Shown: piece by piece, positions 37,233 through 46,698 of the stretch
How positions within the stretch are numbered: the first letter of the stretch is position 1
Layout of the letters: every line of letters starts with the position of its first letter
Virus record (IMG/VR): IMGVR_UViG_3300042295_001370
Span: 5,673-69,672 of that record
Reading direction: 5' to 3' (one strand)
DNA length: 64,000 bases
Source: a virus
Taxonomy: Duplodnaviria > Heunggongvirae > Uroviricota > Caudoviricetes
Made by a program: the position numbers and the translations under genes
The notes under the pieces: model-generated
What the model saw: the letters and a program-made list of their open reading frames with translations, nothing else
Databases searched by the model: none
What the model was told of the DNA's origin: nothing

Positions 37233-38132
37233 CTAAAACTTCCAAGGCACGCTGTCACTGAACATGTGGAGAAAGATAGCTTGACGCACATAGAGACCAT
37301 AGCGCATCTGCTTGAAGTACACGGCCCGGGGATCACTGTCCAAGCTGCTGGGCAGCTCGTCAACACGCGGCAAAGGGTGCATGATGATGCTGCTGCTCTT
37401 GGCCTGGCTCATGTGCTGAGGAGTGAGCTGATACTTGCCCATCGTGCTTTGTAGATTCGGCGCAATCCGCTCCTTCTGCACACGGGTAACATAGATCACA
37501 TCCACCTTGTCCACACATTCGTCAATGCTGGTGTAAAGCTTGTCTGTTTCCTCTGTGAGTTCTTGCGGCATCTCCAGACCTGGTGGACTCACCATGTGCA
37601 GTCTCACATCATATAGACGCAGTAACCTGGTGAGGCTGTGCACAGTTCGACCATGACGCAAGTCACCCATTAGGCACACGTCAATGGGACGAGTCAAGCC
37701 CACATGCCGCTGGATGGTATAGAGGTCTAGGAGAGCTTGTGTGGGATGCTCACCAACTCCATCGCCTGCATTGATGATAGGAACAGGACTTACAGCCGCA
37801 GCCCATTGAGCTGCCCCTTTTTCGGGATGGCGCAACACAATGCAGTCTGAATAGCTGGCCAAAGTGCGAATAGTGTCTTCTAGGTTCTCACCCTTGCTGA
37901 CAGAGCTGAAGCTGACATCATTGATGGGGATGACAGCGCCACCTAGCCGCACCATGGCTGAATAAAAACTACTGCTGGTGCGTGTGCTGGGCTCGTAGAA
38001 GAGGTTAGTACATACCTTCCCTTGAGCTACTGGTTGGGTGAGGCCCAGTTCAATGCCTTTCACAGTTGTGAATAATGTGTGTATACTTGTGAGGTCAAAC
38101 TGATCAATGCTCAGCAAGTGAGGAAGGGTCAT
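37233..38132 (-). CDS. pyrB: Aspartate carbamoyltransferase catalytic subunit
   Basis: FYEPSTRT, KGE.LEDT, NAGDG..EHPTQALLD, HPLPR. Confidence 0.97.
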   Translation of the reverse strand: MTLPHLLSIDQFDLTSIHTLFTTVKGIELGLTQPVAQGKVCTNLFYEPSTRTSSSFYSAMVRLGGAVIPINDVSFSSVSKGENLEDTIRTLASYSDCIVLRHPEKGAAQWAAAVSPVPIINAGDGVGEHPTQALLDLYTIQRHVGLTRPIDVCLMGDLRHGRTVHSLTRLLRLYDVRLHMVSPPGLEMPQELTEETDKLYTSIDECVDKVDVIYVTRVQKERIAPNLQSTMGKYQLTPQHMSQAKSSSIIMHPLPRVDELPSSLDSDPRAVYFKQMRYGLYVRQAIFLHMFSDSVPWKF

Positions 38133-38326
38133 ATTGTAATGCTTTCGGTTTGAACATATGGTCCCTTACTGAATGAGTACCAATCAGGAGCCAAAGGCAA
38201 GGTGTTGGCTAAGGTAGTGGATCTAGCTCTTGTAAGGGCGTCATCTAAGGTGTTGAACAGCAATACGTGAATAAGAGTGGGCTCTAAACCACGCACTGCC
38301 TCCCAAATCTCCACACGATACTTCAT
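38129..38326 (-). CDS. Hypothetical protein
   Basis: 65-aa ORF overlapping purM stop and pyrB start. Confidence 0.5.
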   Translation of the reverse strand: MKYRVEIWEAVRGLEPTLIHVLLFNTLDDALTRARSTTLANTLPLAPDWYSFSKGPYVQTESITI

Positions 38327-39321
38327 CGCTTATTGATTACATGCCCAATAAGGTAACAGGCTTGATCTTGCGCCCACAACAGCTCAACTACTTTGCTGGG
38401 TTGGTTGGAGATCAAACACATGCCCACGCCCATATTGAACACAGAGTGCATTTCAGTGTCTGAGACATGCCCTGCGGTTTGTAGCCAACGAAATACTTCA
38501 GGCACCGGACAACCTCTGGTTTTTTCAAAATCAAGATCACTTGGCAACACACGCTTGAGATTGCTATACAGGCCTCCACCAGTGATGTGTGCAGCAGCCG
38601 TAAGTAGGCCTTTTGTGTGCAGTTCCAAAATTGTGCTGACATAAAGGGCAGTGGGAGTAGATAACACTTGACCAAAAGTTTTTGTAAGGTCCCAAGGCAC
38701 AAGCGCATCAAGACTTGTGCCACTGTCGTGAAGGATTTTCCTCACGAGGCTGAACCCATTGCTGTGCACTCCGCTGCTGGGCAGAGCAATTACTGCATCA
38801 CCTACAGAAACATTTTTAGGAAGCAGCCTGTTGCGCTCTACAGCACCCACAGCGAATCCAGCCAAATCAAAATCGCCTGGGCTGTAGACTCCTGGCATTT
38901 CTGCTGTTTCACCGCCCACTAGTGCACAACCAGATGTTCTGCAAGCTTCTGCAATGCCCTCTATGATATCAACATGCGTAGAGGGATCCAGCTTGTTCAC
39001 AGCCAGATAGTCCAAGAAATAAAGTGGCGTTGCACCTGTTGTCACAAGATCATTCACACACATAGCAACTAGGTCTTGCCCCAAGCCTTGAAGGCGTGTG
39101 CCTGCCTCTTTGACAAGTGACAGCTTTGTTCCCACGCCATCAGTTGTGCTAACCAGCAGGGGGTCACGCATGCCCAAGCTGCCGATGTCAAACACTGCGC
39201 CAAAGCCGCCTATTGTGCCCAACACGCCCTTTCGGTGTGTGGATTGGGCCAAGGGCCTTATTTGGTCAACAAACTCTTCTCCAGCAGTTATGTTAACGCC
39301 AGCTTCTTGATATGTGCTCAT
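38323..39321 (-). CDS. purM: Phosphoribosylformylglycinamidine cyclo-ligase (AIR synthetase)
   Basis: TDGVGTK, AMCVND, GGETAEMP, SSG.HSNG.SL, HITGGG, FNMGVG. Confidence 0.97.
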   Translation of the reverse strand: MSTYQEAGVNITAGEEFVDQIRPLAQSTHRKGVLGTIGGFGAVFDIGSLGMRDPLLVSTTDGVGTKLSLVKEAGTRLQGLGQDLVAMCVNDLVTTGATPLYFLDYLAVNKLDPSTHVDIIEGIAEACRTSGCALVGGETAEMPGVYSPGDFDLAGFAVGAVERNRLLPKNVSVGDAVIALPSSGVHSNGFSLVRKILHDSGTSLDALVPWDLTKTFGQVLSTPTALYVSTILELHTKGLLTAAAHITGGGLYSNLKRVLPSDLDFEKTRGCPVPEVFRWLQTAGHVSDTEMHSVFNMGVGMCLISNQPSKVVELLWAQDQACYLIGHVINKR

Positions 39322-39352
39322 GGGTCAAGTATGCGATCTTATCAAGCTTGCG

Positions 39353-39754
39353 TCAAACAGTTTGCCCCATGGGAACATATGCCAAGATGCTTACACTAGC
39401 CTCCTTGGCAGCTTGCGCTCGGTGGTTGCCGTCAACAACACTGCCATTTGGTCCCATAATCACAGGGTCCACTTGCTCTCCACGCTCTAGTTTGATGGTT
39501 AGCTTTTTCACAATCTCATCGTCAATATCAATTACCCGATTAAAAGGATCATCTGGCAGCACATCACCATAGTGATCTGGAAAGTCTTGCGGGTTGATCA
39601 TTTTTATGCCCCAGTCTTGACTTTTGATCCAGTTGACCATAGCAGGATTAGTGGGCTCTTCGTGATGCATGCTTTTGTAGAGAGTCAGCATTTCGCTACC
39701 AGTTATGCTTTCAGTTAACTGAATTTTTGGCGACAAAAAATCACTTGCTCTCAC
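39353..39754 (-). CDS. ParB/Srx-like domain protein with N-terminal leader
   Basis: PVIM...VVDGNHR; GTAAATA late promoter at 39779-39785. Confidence 0.6.
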   Translation of the reverse strand: MRASDFLSPKIQLTESITGSEMLTLYKSMHHEEPTNPAMVNWIKSQDWGIKMINPQDFPDHYGDVLPDDPFNRVIDIDDEIVKKLTIKLERGEQVDPVIMGPNGSVVDGNHRAQAAKEASVSILAYVPMGQTV

Positions 39755-39788
39755 TGACCCATCCTTTGTTTGTTCCCCTATTTACTCA

Positions 39789-39878
39789 CAAGAAAGCGGC
39801 TGGGTTTACGGGTTCATCACCCCACCAGCCGCTTTCTTGGTGTCAAACTGGGTTTACGGGTTCGTCACCCCACCAGTT
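39789..39878. repeat. Two hairpins sharing a 29-nt core
   Basis: CTGGGTTTACGGGTTC(A/G)TCACCCCACCAG at 39800-39828 and 39848-39876, each closed by a different outer stem. Confidence 0.85.
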
Positions 39879-39892
39879 CCATATTCCTCTGC

Positions 39893-40375
39893 TTACTCCC
39901 CCGCCAGCTCACGCTCCACATCCACCCCAAACTCCTGGTCAACCGCCCCCATCAGCTGGTTGATGCCCTGCTGCTTAGCAGCCTCTTGAGCCGCACGCTC
40001 AGCAGCACGCTTCTCCCGCTTGCGAGCAGCGTCCCGGGCCCGCTTGGCAGCCAGCTTGCTCATGCTGTTGGTCTGCATCTCGGCCCAATCCTTGGCAGCC
40101 TTCTGAGCAGCAGCTTCCCGCTCAGCAGCCAAGATGGCCTCAATCTTCTTCTTGAGATTCTTGGCCGGCACCACAGCGTCCACGCCCTGGCTGCGCATCC
40201 AAGCCACAGCATCAGCCTTGGTCATGGGCTGCGGGAGGGTCTTGAACTGCACCTCAGTGTGCCCTTCGCGTGCCAGCACAGTCTCACGGTGCTTGATGCT
40301 GCCGTTGCTAACGCGGAAGGTCAGCACGCCCTGGAAGCGGCTAATACCAATGATGTTGAACTGCTTGGTGTTCAT
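39893..40375 (-). CDS. Hypothetical protein with Arg/Ala-rich helix
   Basis: Likely start MNTKQF; segment AKRARDAARKREKRAAERAAQ; own sigma70 promoter at 40411-40438. Confidence 0.65.
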   Translation of the reverse strand: MNTKQFNIIGISRFQGVLTFRVSNGSIKHRETVLAREGHTEVQFKTLPQPMTKADAVAWMRSQGVDAVVPAKNLKKKIEAILAAEREAAAQKAAKDWAEMQTNSMSKLAAKRARDAARKREKRAAERAAQEAAKQQGINQLMGAVDQEFGVDVERELAGE

Positions 40376-40427
40376 CGTGTAGCATCCTCTGTTTCGTTGC
40401 CTACAACCGCATAATAGCATCACCATC

Positions 40428-41063
40428 TCAGCTGTCTACCGGTTTTTCCAGCGAAATGCCTTTTTCTCCCACTATTTTTTTGTCGCAGAGTTGCTGGGAA
40501 ACCAAGGACAATGCCTGGGGATAGATTAGGTGTTCTTGCACCAATACCCTAAGACTCAAATCAGATTCTGTATCTCCAGGCTCTACAGGAACCTTGGCTT
40601 GTAGGATAATAGGACCAGCATCCAACACTTTTGTAACATAGTGTACCGTGCAACCGTGTTCTTGATCCCCTGCTGCCAAAGCCCTTTGGTGAGTGTGTAA
40701 TCCAGGATATTTGGGCAACAAGCTGGGATGAATATTGATAATTCGTTGACTCCATTGTGCAACAAACCACGGAGTCAAAACCCGCATGTAGCCAGCCAGC
40801 GCAACTAGCTCAATCTTTTGTTCCACCAAAAGTTGGTGAATAGCCCCCTCTTGACCTTCCCTATCTTTTTTGTACGCACTGTTGGGAAAGATTGCCCATT
40901 GCACGCCATGATCTTGTGCTAGTTTCAATCCGCCCGCATCCTCATTGTTACTAACCACCAATTGAATTTGAAAGGGGCAATGGGAATCATTTTGTGCCTT
41001 GAGAAGGCTCAAGAGATTGCTGCCTCGTCCACTGATAAAAACTGCGGTTGTTACCTTAGGCAT
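40428..41063 (-). CDS. purN: Phosphoribosylglycinamide formyltransferase
   Basis: [36 protein letters not shown]. Confidence 0.97.
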   Translation of the reverse strand: MPKVTTAVFISGRGSNLLSLLKAQNDSHCPFQIQLVVSNNEDAGGLKLAQDHGVQWAIFPNSAYKKDREGQEGAIHQLLVEQKIELVALAGYMRVLTPWFVAQWSQRIINIHPSLLPKYPGLHTHQRALAAGDQEHGCTVHYVTKVLDAGPIILQAKVPVEPGDTESDLSLRVLVQEHLIYPQALSLVSQQLCDKKIVGEKGISLEKPVDS

Positions 41064-41997
41064 TGGTCAGCACCTGTTGGAAATAGGCTATAGTTTTTTG
41101 TAGTCCTTGCTCAAGAGGGATTTTTGGCTCCCAACCCAGTATGCTTGTTGCTCTAGTAATATCAGCTTGACGCTGTTGTGGATCATCTACAGGCAACGGT
41201 AAATTTAAAATCCGGCTAGTGGACCCTGTGAGGCGTTGGATTTGCTCTGCAAGGCTCCTGACTGTTACCTCATGAGGATTGCCTAAATTCACAGGTTGTG
41301 AGCCAGAAGATGTGGACTCCATCAATGTCAAAATGCCATCAATTAGGTCATCAACATAACAGAAGCTACGTGTTTGGGTGCCTTCACCATACACACTCAA
41401 AGGCAGCCCTTGTAACGCCTGCACAATAAAATTACTAACTACTCTCCCATCATCAACACTCATGCGCGGTCCGTAGGTGTTGAAGATCCTAGCCACCCGA
41501 ACGTCAACATTGTGTTGCCGGTTATAGTCCATAAAAAGTGTTTCAGCAGCACGTTTGCCTTCATCGTAACAGGCACGCGGGCCCAGAGGATTTACATTGC
41601 CCCAGTAGGATTCTGGTTGCGGATGAACAAAAGGATCGCCATAAATTTCGCTAGTGCTGGCTTGAAAGATCTTTGCTTTTGTGCGTTTGGCCAAGCCTAA
41701 TAGATTATAAGATCCCATAAAACTGGTTTTCATGGTTTGAATAGGATCTTTTTGATAACTTTTGGGACTTGCAGGACAGGCAAGATTATAGATTTCATCT
41801 ACCTCCACATATAAGGGCACACAGACGTCATGACGTATGACCTCAAAATTGGAACTGCTTAACAAATGCTGTATGTTGGATTTTGATCCAGTAAAATAGT
41901 TGTCCACACACAGCACATGGTGTCCTCGGGCCACAAGTCTTTCACACAAGTGGCTGCCCAAAAACCCAGCCCCACCAGTTACAAGTATTTTCTTCAT
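41056..41997 (-). CDS. uxs: UDP-glucuronic acid decarboxylase (UDP-xylose synthase)
   Basis: [45 protein letters not shown]. Confidence 0.9.
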   Translation of the reverse strand: MKKILVTGGAGFLGSHLCERLVARGHHVLCVDNYFTGSKSNIQHLLSSSNFEVIRHDVCVPLYVEVDEIYNLACPASPKSYQKDPIQTMKTSFMGSYNLLGLAKRTKAKIFQASTSEIYGDPFVHPQPESYWGNVNPLGPRACYDEGKRAAETLFMDYNRQHNVDVRVARIFNTYGPRMSVDDGRVVSNFIVQALQGLPLSVYGEGTQTRSFCYVDDLIDGILTLMESTSSGSQPVNLGNPHEVTVRSLAEQIQRLTGSTSRILNLPLPVDDPQQRQADITRATSILGWEPKIPLEQGLQKTIAYFQQVLTNA

Positions 41998-42049
41998 TCA
42001 TGTTTCTCCTGCCTTGAGTATAGCAGGAGTCTTGATCAAGACCTAAAAA

Positions 42050-42481
42050 TTATGAGTCTATGCGACAATATACTGGCCGCACATCAGCCCCTGCTGGAAT
42101 GGTATAGAGTTGACTTAGGATGTGGATCATCCCCAACACCCTCCGTTGATCGTTCCTACAGTGCACGTTCTCGCGGCATCGTTGGGGATTGTTCTCAAAA
42201 AAGATCCATTCTATGGGCCGGTTATACCAACCCGTCAGCAAAGTCTCTGCACGTACCCTGGTGCTCTCTCTACAGAAGTGAGGATCGGCGATAATGAGAT
42301 GGTCAAGATGGAATACAGCATGCACTCCTGGCAACTGCCCCAGCTCGGTTATGTCATCTACCGCCCATGCTCTGAGCGGTGGGTATTGGTCGCTAATCTT
42401 GTCCATGAGATGGGTTTTGCCACTGCCGGGCAGGCCAGCGATACAGGTAATCAGCACTTCCAAACTTCCTGGCACAACCAC
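42050..42481 (-). CDS. Small P-loop protein
   Basis: AGLPGSGKT Walker A; true start probably a few codons downstream. Confidence 0.55.
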   Translation of the reverse strand: MVVPGSLEVLITCIAGLPGSGKTHLMDKISDQYPPLRAWAVDDITELGQLPGVHAVFHLDHLIIADPHFCRESTRVRAETLLTGWYNRPIEWIFFENNPQRCRENVHCRNDQRRVLGMIHILSQLYTIPAGADVRPVYCRIDS

Positions 42482-42849
42482 TTGTAGAGGTCCTTGAAGG
42501 ATACAACCTTCTTGCCACGTGTGGTGTGGTTGCCATAATACTCGTAGTCAGTGTAGCTGTCTCGATAAGGAACCTCTGCAAGTAGCCGGCGATACTGCCG
42601 AGCAGTGAGATCTGGGCACACCTCATCCAAGAATTGATCCAGCAGTTCAAGAGAGGGCTCAGGCTCACTGCTCACACTGTGCTCAGCACTGTCCCCCCAA
42701 CAGTTGCCCCCTGTCATCCCACCTGTGATCCATGTGACCTCGTAGTAGAGATCGGTTCCATGTGGCCACCAAATGTGGTCTTCGCCGCGCCAATTGCTTG
42801 CGCTGCTGAACACCAGCCGAATGTAACCGTCAAACTCGTTTCGAGTCAT
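42451..42849 (-). CDS. Hypothetical protein
   Basis: 132-aa ORF, GAGGA RBS. Confidence 0.6.
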   Translation of the reverse strand: MTRNEFDGYIRLVFSSASNWRGEDHIWWPHGTDLYYEVTWITGGMTGGNCWGDSAEHSVSSEPEPSLELLDQFLDEVCPDLTARQYRRLLAEVPYRDSYTDYEYYGNHTTRGKKVVSFKDLYKWLCQEVWKC

Positions 42850-42899
42850 GTATGTTTCCTCGCTATCGCAATGCAGGGTTAAGGCGCATGTTTTCCAAA

Positions 42900-43133
42900 C
42901 TAGGCTACGCAGATGAACTCACCAACTCCTAGGCTCACAGTGCTGTAGATCGACACTGATTGGCCTGGATACATCTGGCCATAGCTGTGTCGCATGATCT
43001 CTACCTGACGACGTACTTCTCTCTGAGCACCCCAATGAGTTCGAGCCATCACTGAGAACTCACTAGTGCCCAACTCTCTCTGACGATCATCTCTAAAGCT
43101 GAGTTTGACCAGCCATAGACGCTTTTCAAACAC
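42900..43133 (-). CDS. Hypothetical protein
   Basis: GTG start overlapping upstream stop. Confidence 0.5.
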   Translation of the reverse strand: MFEKRLWLVKLSFRDDRQRELGTSEFSVMARTHWGAQREVRRQVEIMRHSYGQMYPGQSVSIYSTVSLGVGEFICVA

Positions 43134-43557
43134 CTTTGCTAACCTTCTCAAAAACGTAGGGCTTGTTCCAACGACCAATGCCCATTGAAACGTGCCATCC
43201 ACGGTCAAAATAATCGGTCTGGACATCGCTCCGGTTCCAGTTGCCTTCGTTCATAGCGTTCAGCAACTCCTGGAGGCACTTTTCTGCACGTCCGGAAAAG
43301 TGGCTCCCAATGTGATGCACATTCACATCAATGTGGTCCGGAACCTCTGTGGGCTGATGTGCAGTGGGGCGGCGCGCATGTTCGGCAGTCCACTTGTCAT
43401 ACCAATTCTGGCAGAAATCAATGCTGCCGGATTTGATGCTCAGCACCAAGGTGCTGTGATTGCGCACACTCAGCGTGCCCTTGATCTTATACTTGCTCAG
43501 CACACGCTTCACAGCAGGAGTGATCTCATTCTTGCGAGTTTGGTTCATGTAGGCCAT
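43126..43557 (-). CDS. Conserved phage hypothetical protein
   Basis: MAYMNQ..K..LSVR.HSTL..SD.QTDYF..GW; own promoter at 43585-43613. Confidence 0.7.
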   Translation of the reverse strand: MAYMNQTRKNEITPAVKRVLSKYKIKGTLSVRNHSTLVLSIKSGSIDFCQNWYDKWTAEHARRPTAHQPTEVPDHIDVNVHHIGSHFSGRAEKCLQELLNAMNEGNWNRSDVQTDYFDRGWHVSMGIGRWNKPYVFEKVSKGV

Positions 43558-43599
43558 ATCACCGTGTCCCTGTTGTGCAAACTCAATATAGCACCAGCT

Positions 43600-43851
43600 T
43601 CAAAGCCCTGCAAGCACTTTTTCAGCCTCATCGGGACGGAGACGCATGTTTTCCACACGGATCATCACCACAAACTTTTCACAGACCGCGTCATAAGCCT
43701 GGGTGAGAGCCCCATGCGTCCACATGGGATGCTGGGAGTCAGTCCTCTTGATGATGACCCAACCATCCTCGTCCACTGTAATGCGATACACGTAGTCCTC
43801 ACGCTCTAGCGCATATGTGGTCTGGATCACTTTGAGCTTGCTGAGGTTCAT
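43600..43851 (-). CDS. Hypothetical protein
   Basis: Start MNLSKL after GAGGGAG. Confidence 0.55.
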   Translation of the reverse strand: MNLSKLKVIQTTYALEREDYVYRITVDEDGWVIIKRTDSQHPMWTHGALTQAYDAVCEKFVVMIRVENMRLRPDEAEKVLAGL

Positions 43852-43856
43852 CTCTA

Positions 43857-44135
43857 CTACTCCCTCTTCATTGAAGCGCCGCACAGCAAAAAATCCGCCA
43901 CATCAGAGCCTGCACGCTCCGTACGCCGGGTCTCGTATCCCGTCCCTGCCAGCAGTTCGGCAGCAAGGGCGATACGGTCAGCGTCTGACATGGAGAGCAG
44001 TTCCTGTGCCATCCACTCGCCTCCACCGTTTGACCCAAACGACACATCTGTAAGGCTGTCATTAACCACCTTACGCCAGCCCATCAACGCTTTCACAGCC
44101 CTCATCATGTCTGCGGTCTCCTCTCTTGCAACCAC
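43857..44135 (-). CDS. Hypothetical protein
   Basis: ORF directly below promoter 44136-44163; start probably near 44108. Confidence 0.5.
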   Translation of the reverse strand: MVAREETADMMRAVKALMGWRKVVNDSLTDVSFGSNGGGEWMAQELLSMSDADRIALAAELLAGTGYETRRTERAGSDVADFLLCGASMKRE

Positions 44136-44159
44136 ACTATAGCAGGGTTTGAGCAGGGG

Positions 44160-44321
44160 TCAACCCAAAGAATCTACATCCAGCCAACTTTCCTCACTGC
44201 CCCGAGAGCCCACAGTGAGACAGGTGCCATCATCAAAGCGAATCTCGAGATACTCATCACCATAGCGAGTGATGCTCTCCACAGTGCGACCCACAAACTT
44301 CCTAAGCTCTTCGTCCCACAT
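44160..44321 (-). CDS. Small hypothetical protein (not in ORF track), paralog of 45916-46071
   Basis: MWDEELRKFVGRTVESITRYGDEYLEIRFDDGTCLTVGSRGSEESWLDVDSLG*. Confidence 0.6.
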   Translation of the reverse strand: MWDEELRKFVGRTVESITRYGDEYLEIRFDDGTCLTVGSRGSEESWLDVDSLG

Positions 44322-44333
44322 TTGCTGTCTCCA

Positions 44334-44576
44334 TCAACTCTTGGGAGTTTCGACAGGAATGCACATCGTCAGCTTGAAGTCCACACCAGTCTCGCCTGAC
44401 CTTGCACTCCCTCTCTCATTTTGGAGACGCTTGTTGATCCCGGTGATTTGTGCCAGGGCGGTCAAACACGCCTCTTGGGTCGCAAACCCATTTATCTGGG
44501 TAGATTCCAAGGAACTGCTGGATGCTCGAGATTCGGCCCACAGCAGCATGGTCCAAAGTGTGATGGTGGCTATCAT
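44334..44576 (-). CDS. Small protein with signal-peptide-like N-terminus
   Basis: Hydrophobic start MIATITLWTMLLW; F.TQEAC..A..CIP motif. Confidence 0.55.
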   Translation of the reverse strand: MIATITLWTMLLWAESRASSSSLESTQINGFATQEACLTALAQITGINKRLQNERGSARSGETGVDFKLTMCIPVETPKS

Positions 44577-44586
44577 TTTTGTGTTC

Positions 44587-44868
44587 CTAGGCCAGCATCA
44601 CATAGTGCCCGGCAGCATAGGTGACTGAGTCAGGCTTGTCCTCATCATCCATGTGCTGGTCATACTCGTCCTCCTGGATCAATCGGAGGTCCGGGGTACC
44701 ATCGTCAAAGTCCGTGGTGCAGTCCCAGTTGCCGTTGTAGAGCTGAGTATCAAACAGCAGAGCAATCTCGGCACGCTTGTGGCTGTAGTCATAGCCTGCT
44801 TCCTTCAGGCTCTGGATCACCTCGTCAGCTTCCTGGAGGCATTCGGAAACAGAAGTTTGCGTGTTCAT
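44587..44868 (-). CDS. Acidic hypothetical protein
   Basis: 93-aa ORF. Confidence 0.55.
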   Translation of the reverse strand: MNTQTSVSECLQEADEVIQSLKEAGYDYSHKRAEIALLFDTQLYNGNWDCTTDFDDGTPDLRLIQEDEYDQHMDDEDKPDSVTYAAGHYVMLA

Positions 44869-44912
44869 TTTTGGTACCTCAGTTCTGCTTGTTGCTGTGG
44901 TGGGTGTGGCTG

Positions 44913-45143
44913 TTACGCCACAGCCTCCTCGCCAAAGTCGTCATAAATGCAATCGTAGATGCGTTCCATGATCTCTTCAGAGGCATCGTCCCGATGCAGG
45001 AAGTGCTCAGCAGCAATCTCGTCATACATGTTCTGCAGGTAGTTATGCTCCTCGTTGGTGCAGCCTTCACCATATGCCACCGCATCATAGATGTCGATCT
45101 CGTCCGAGAGGATCTTCCGAGCCAGTTCAGTGCTGATACCCAT
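44913..45143 (-). CDS. Acidic hypothetical protein
   Basis: Start MGISTE after AAGAAGG. Confidence 0.55.
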   Translation of the reverse strand: MGISTELARKILSDEIDIYDAVAYGEGCTNEEHNYLQNMYDEIAAEHFLHRDDASEEIMERIYDCIYDDFGEEAVA

Positions 45144-45237
45144 TGTAACCTTCTTTCCTGTTGTGCAACCAGCCCCTGCTGCTTGCGTGCTCACATATTA
45201 GCAAAGTTTTGGTTTCAGTCAACCAGTTTTTTCTGGA

Positions 45238-45555
45238 TTATGCCACACTCCACGGCATTTTATCTTCTCGCAAGATATATTCGCTGCCATCATAGTCATG
45301 CACCACAAACCGTGTGCCCTCAGGGATCCATGAGACTGCGAGCTGATCCAACCCGCCAATCCCGAATTCCTCACCGTAAGCTAGAGCGAGATAGGTTATA
45401 ATTTCTCTCAATTGGCTTTTGGGTTTTCCCGCCATCACCCAATCTACTACTGCGGGATCAGTTAGGCAGGAGGGAAAGCTGGGGTCATACCAACATGATC
45501 CAAAACCTGGGCTGTAGAGCACAGCCACATGACCATCTGTCACCAGTTTACTCAC
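45238..45555 (-). CDS. Conserved phage hypothetical protein
   Basis: VAVLYSPGFGS.W..F.V..YDG.E motif; GTG start just after upstream stop. Confidence 0.65.
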   Translation of the reverse strand: MSKLVTDGHVAVLYSPGFGSCWYDPSFPSCLTDPAVVDWVMAGKPKSQLREIITYLALAYGEEFGIGGLDQLAVSWIPEGTRFVVHDYDGSEYILREDKMPWSVA

Positions 45556-45556
45556 G

Positions 45557-45865
45557 TCAGCTGCTCCAGTAACTCTCACTACCGACTGAACAGTGCCACG
45601 GTGTGTCAGCACGCTCGAGCACGGTGGCTCCCGTCATAAGATTAGTGACCTCCCGCATGGGCACCTGTGCCTTGTATGTTGCCTCGTCCATAACCTCATA
45701 GTCGGAGCGAGGATACTTTTTGCCTGCGAGATAGGCGTCCATATCAATTTTGGTCAAGCGGGTCTTCGCCGCTTTGGCAGCACGCTCAGTGCTGTAGGTT
45801 TCCTTCCGAGTGCGCGGATGCTTCACCAGGCAGCGAGTCTTGAGATCAATAACAACAAACTGCAT
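45557..45865 (-). CDS. Conserved phage hypothetical protein
   Basis: TERAAKAAKTR..V.NLMTG..V.E..DTPW.CSV.SE.YWS; GAGGAG RBS. Confidence 0.65.
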   Translation of the reverse strand: MQFVVIDLKTRCLVKHPRTRKETYSTERAAKAAKTRLTKIDMDAYLAGKKYPRSDYEVMDEATYKAQVPMREVTNLMTGATVLERADTPWHCSVGSESYWSS

Positions 45866-45915
45866 AGCACAACTCCTCTTTTGGTAGCGCATACTAGCTG
45901 AAGGCTACTGCTCTG

Positions 45916-46071
45916 TCAATCGGTGAAGTCAACACTCAACCACTGCGGCTCAGTGCCGTGCGCCATCACATCCAGCTCGCTTCCGTCCTCAAACGTGAGC
46001 CGGAAATAACCGTCTCCAAACATTTCGGCTTTGGCTACAGTGCGCCCAATCAGTTTGCTGAGGTCGTCCAT
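45916..46071 (-). CDS. Small hypothetical protein, paralog of 44160-44321
   Basis: MDDLSKLIGRTV..GDGYFRLTFEDGSEL..WLSVD. Confidence 0.55.
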   Translation of the reverse strand: MDDLSKLIGRTVAKAEMFGDGYFRLTFEDGSELDVMAHGTEPQWLSVDFTD

Positions 46072-46135
46072 CGCTCTAGCTCCTTGCTTGCCCCGCCATT
46101 GTAGCAGCCTAGAGAAGATTGTCAACCAGAAAAAT

Positions 46136-46450
46136 TCACTTGTCTTCCTCATGCTCTGGCACAACTGGATCAAACCACACATGGGGAAACATCTGCTCGA
46201 GACTTCTAACATCTAGGTCGCGGAGCTCACTCCCATCAATCCCCGGAGGGGGAGCACCGTGAGCCCGAGTTTCGAGCCAAGGTTCAGGGTCACGCTTTTT
46301 GCTAATTATCAATCCTGTTGCTCTATCAGCGAGATTACCATTGGCGTACTCTCGCTGATAGAGATGCGTGACCACAAACAAGCTGTCAGGCTTGCGCTTT
46401 TTTGAAGCCAGGATCATGCCCACACAAATCATCTTTGAAACTTCATTCAT
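46136..46450 (-). CDS. Hypothetical protein
   Basis: 104-aa ORF coupled to upstream gene. Confidence 0.5.
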   Translation of the reverse strand: MNEVSKMICVGMILASKKRKPDSLFVVTHLYQREYANGNLADRATGLIISKKRDPEPWLETRAHGAPPPGIDGSELRDLDVRSLEQMFPHVWFDPVVPEHEEDK

Positions 46451-46697
46451 CGTCCAGCACCTCCACAGTGACTCGCACTCGCTTGTTCAGCAACTGAGCC
46501 ATTTCGGTATGCTCGCGCTGATCATCCCAGCTCTGCAAGCGCACAAACAGCCCGGTCTCACTGGTGTTTGCAAACTCCACAAGCTGTGCCTGTCCACCAT
46601 CTTGCACCTCCACGGCTGTCTCATGCTCCTCAAGTCGACGACGCTTGCCTGAGGCATCACGCTCAGCAACTACGGACAGAGTCCATTCCCATTTCAT
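46443..46697 (-). CDS. Hypothetical protein
   Basis: 84-aa ORF in minus-strand run. Confidence 0.55.
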   Translation of the reverse strand: MKWEWTLSVVAERDASGKRRRLEEHETAVEVQDGGQAQLVEFANTSETGLFVRLQSWDDQREHTEMAQLLNKRVRVTVEVLDDE

Positions 46698-46698
46698 A

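Noticed and set aside
39789-39878. CRISPR mini-array interpretation of the 29-nt repeat
   Set aside because: Only two copies, 19-nt gap made of stem arms, no cas genes.
39770-40414. 214-aa plus-strand ORF
   Set aside because: Antisense to a gene with its own promoter and RBS; low-complexity Leu/Ser product.
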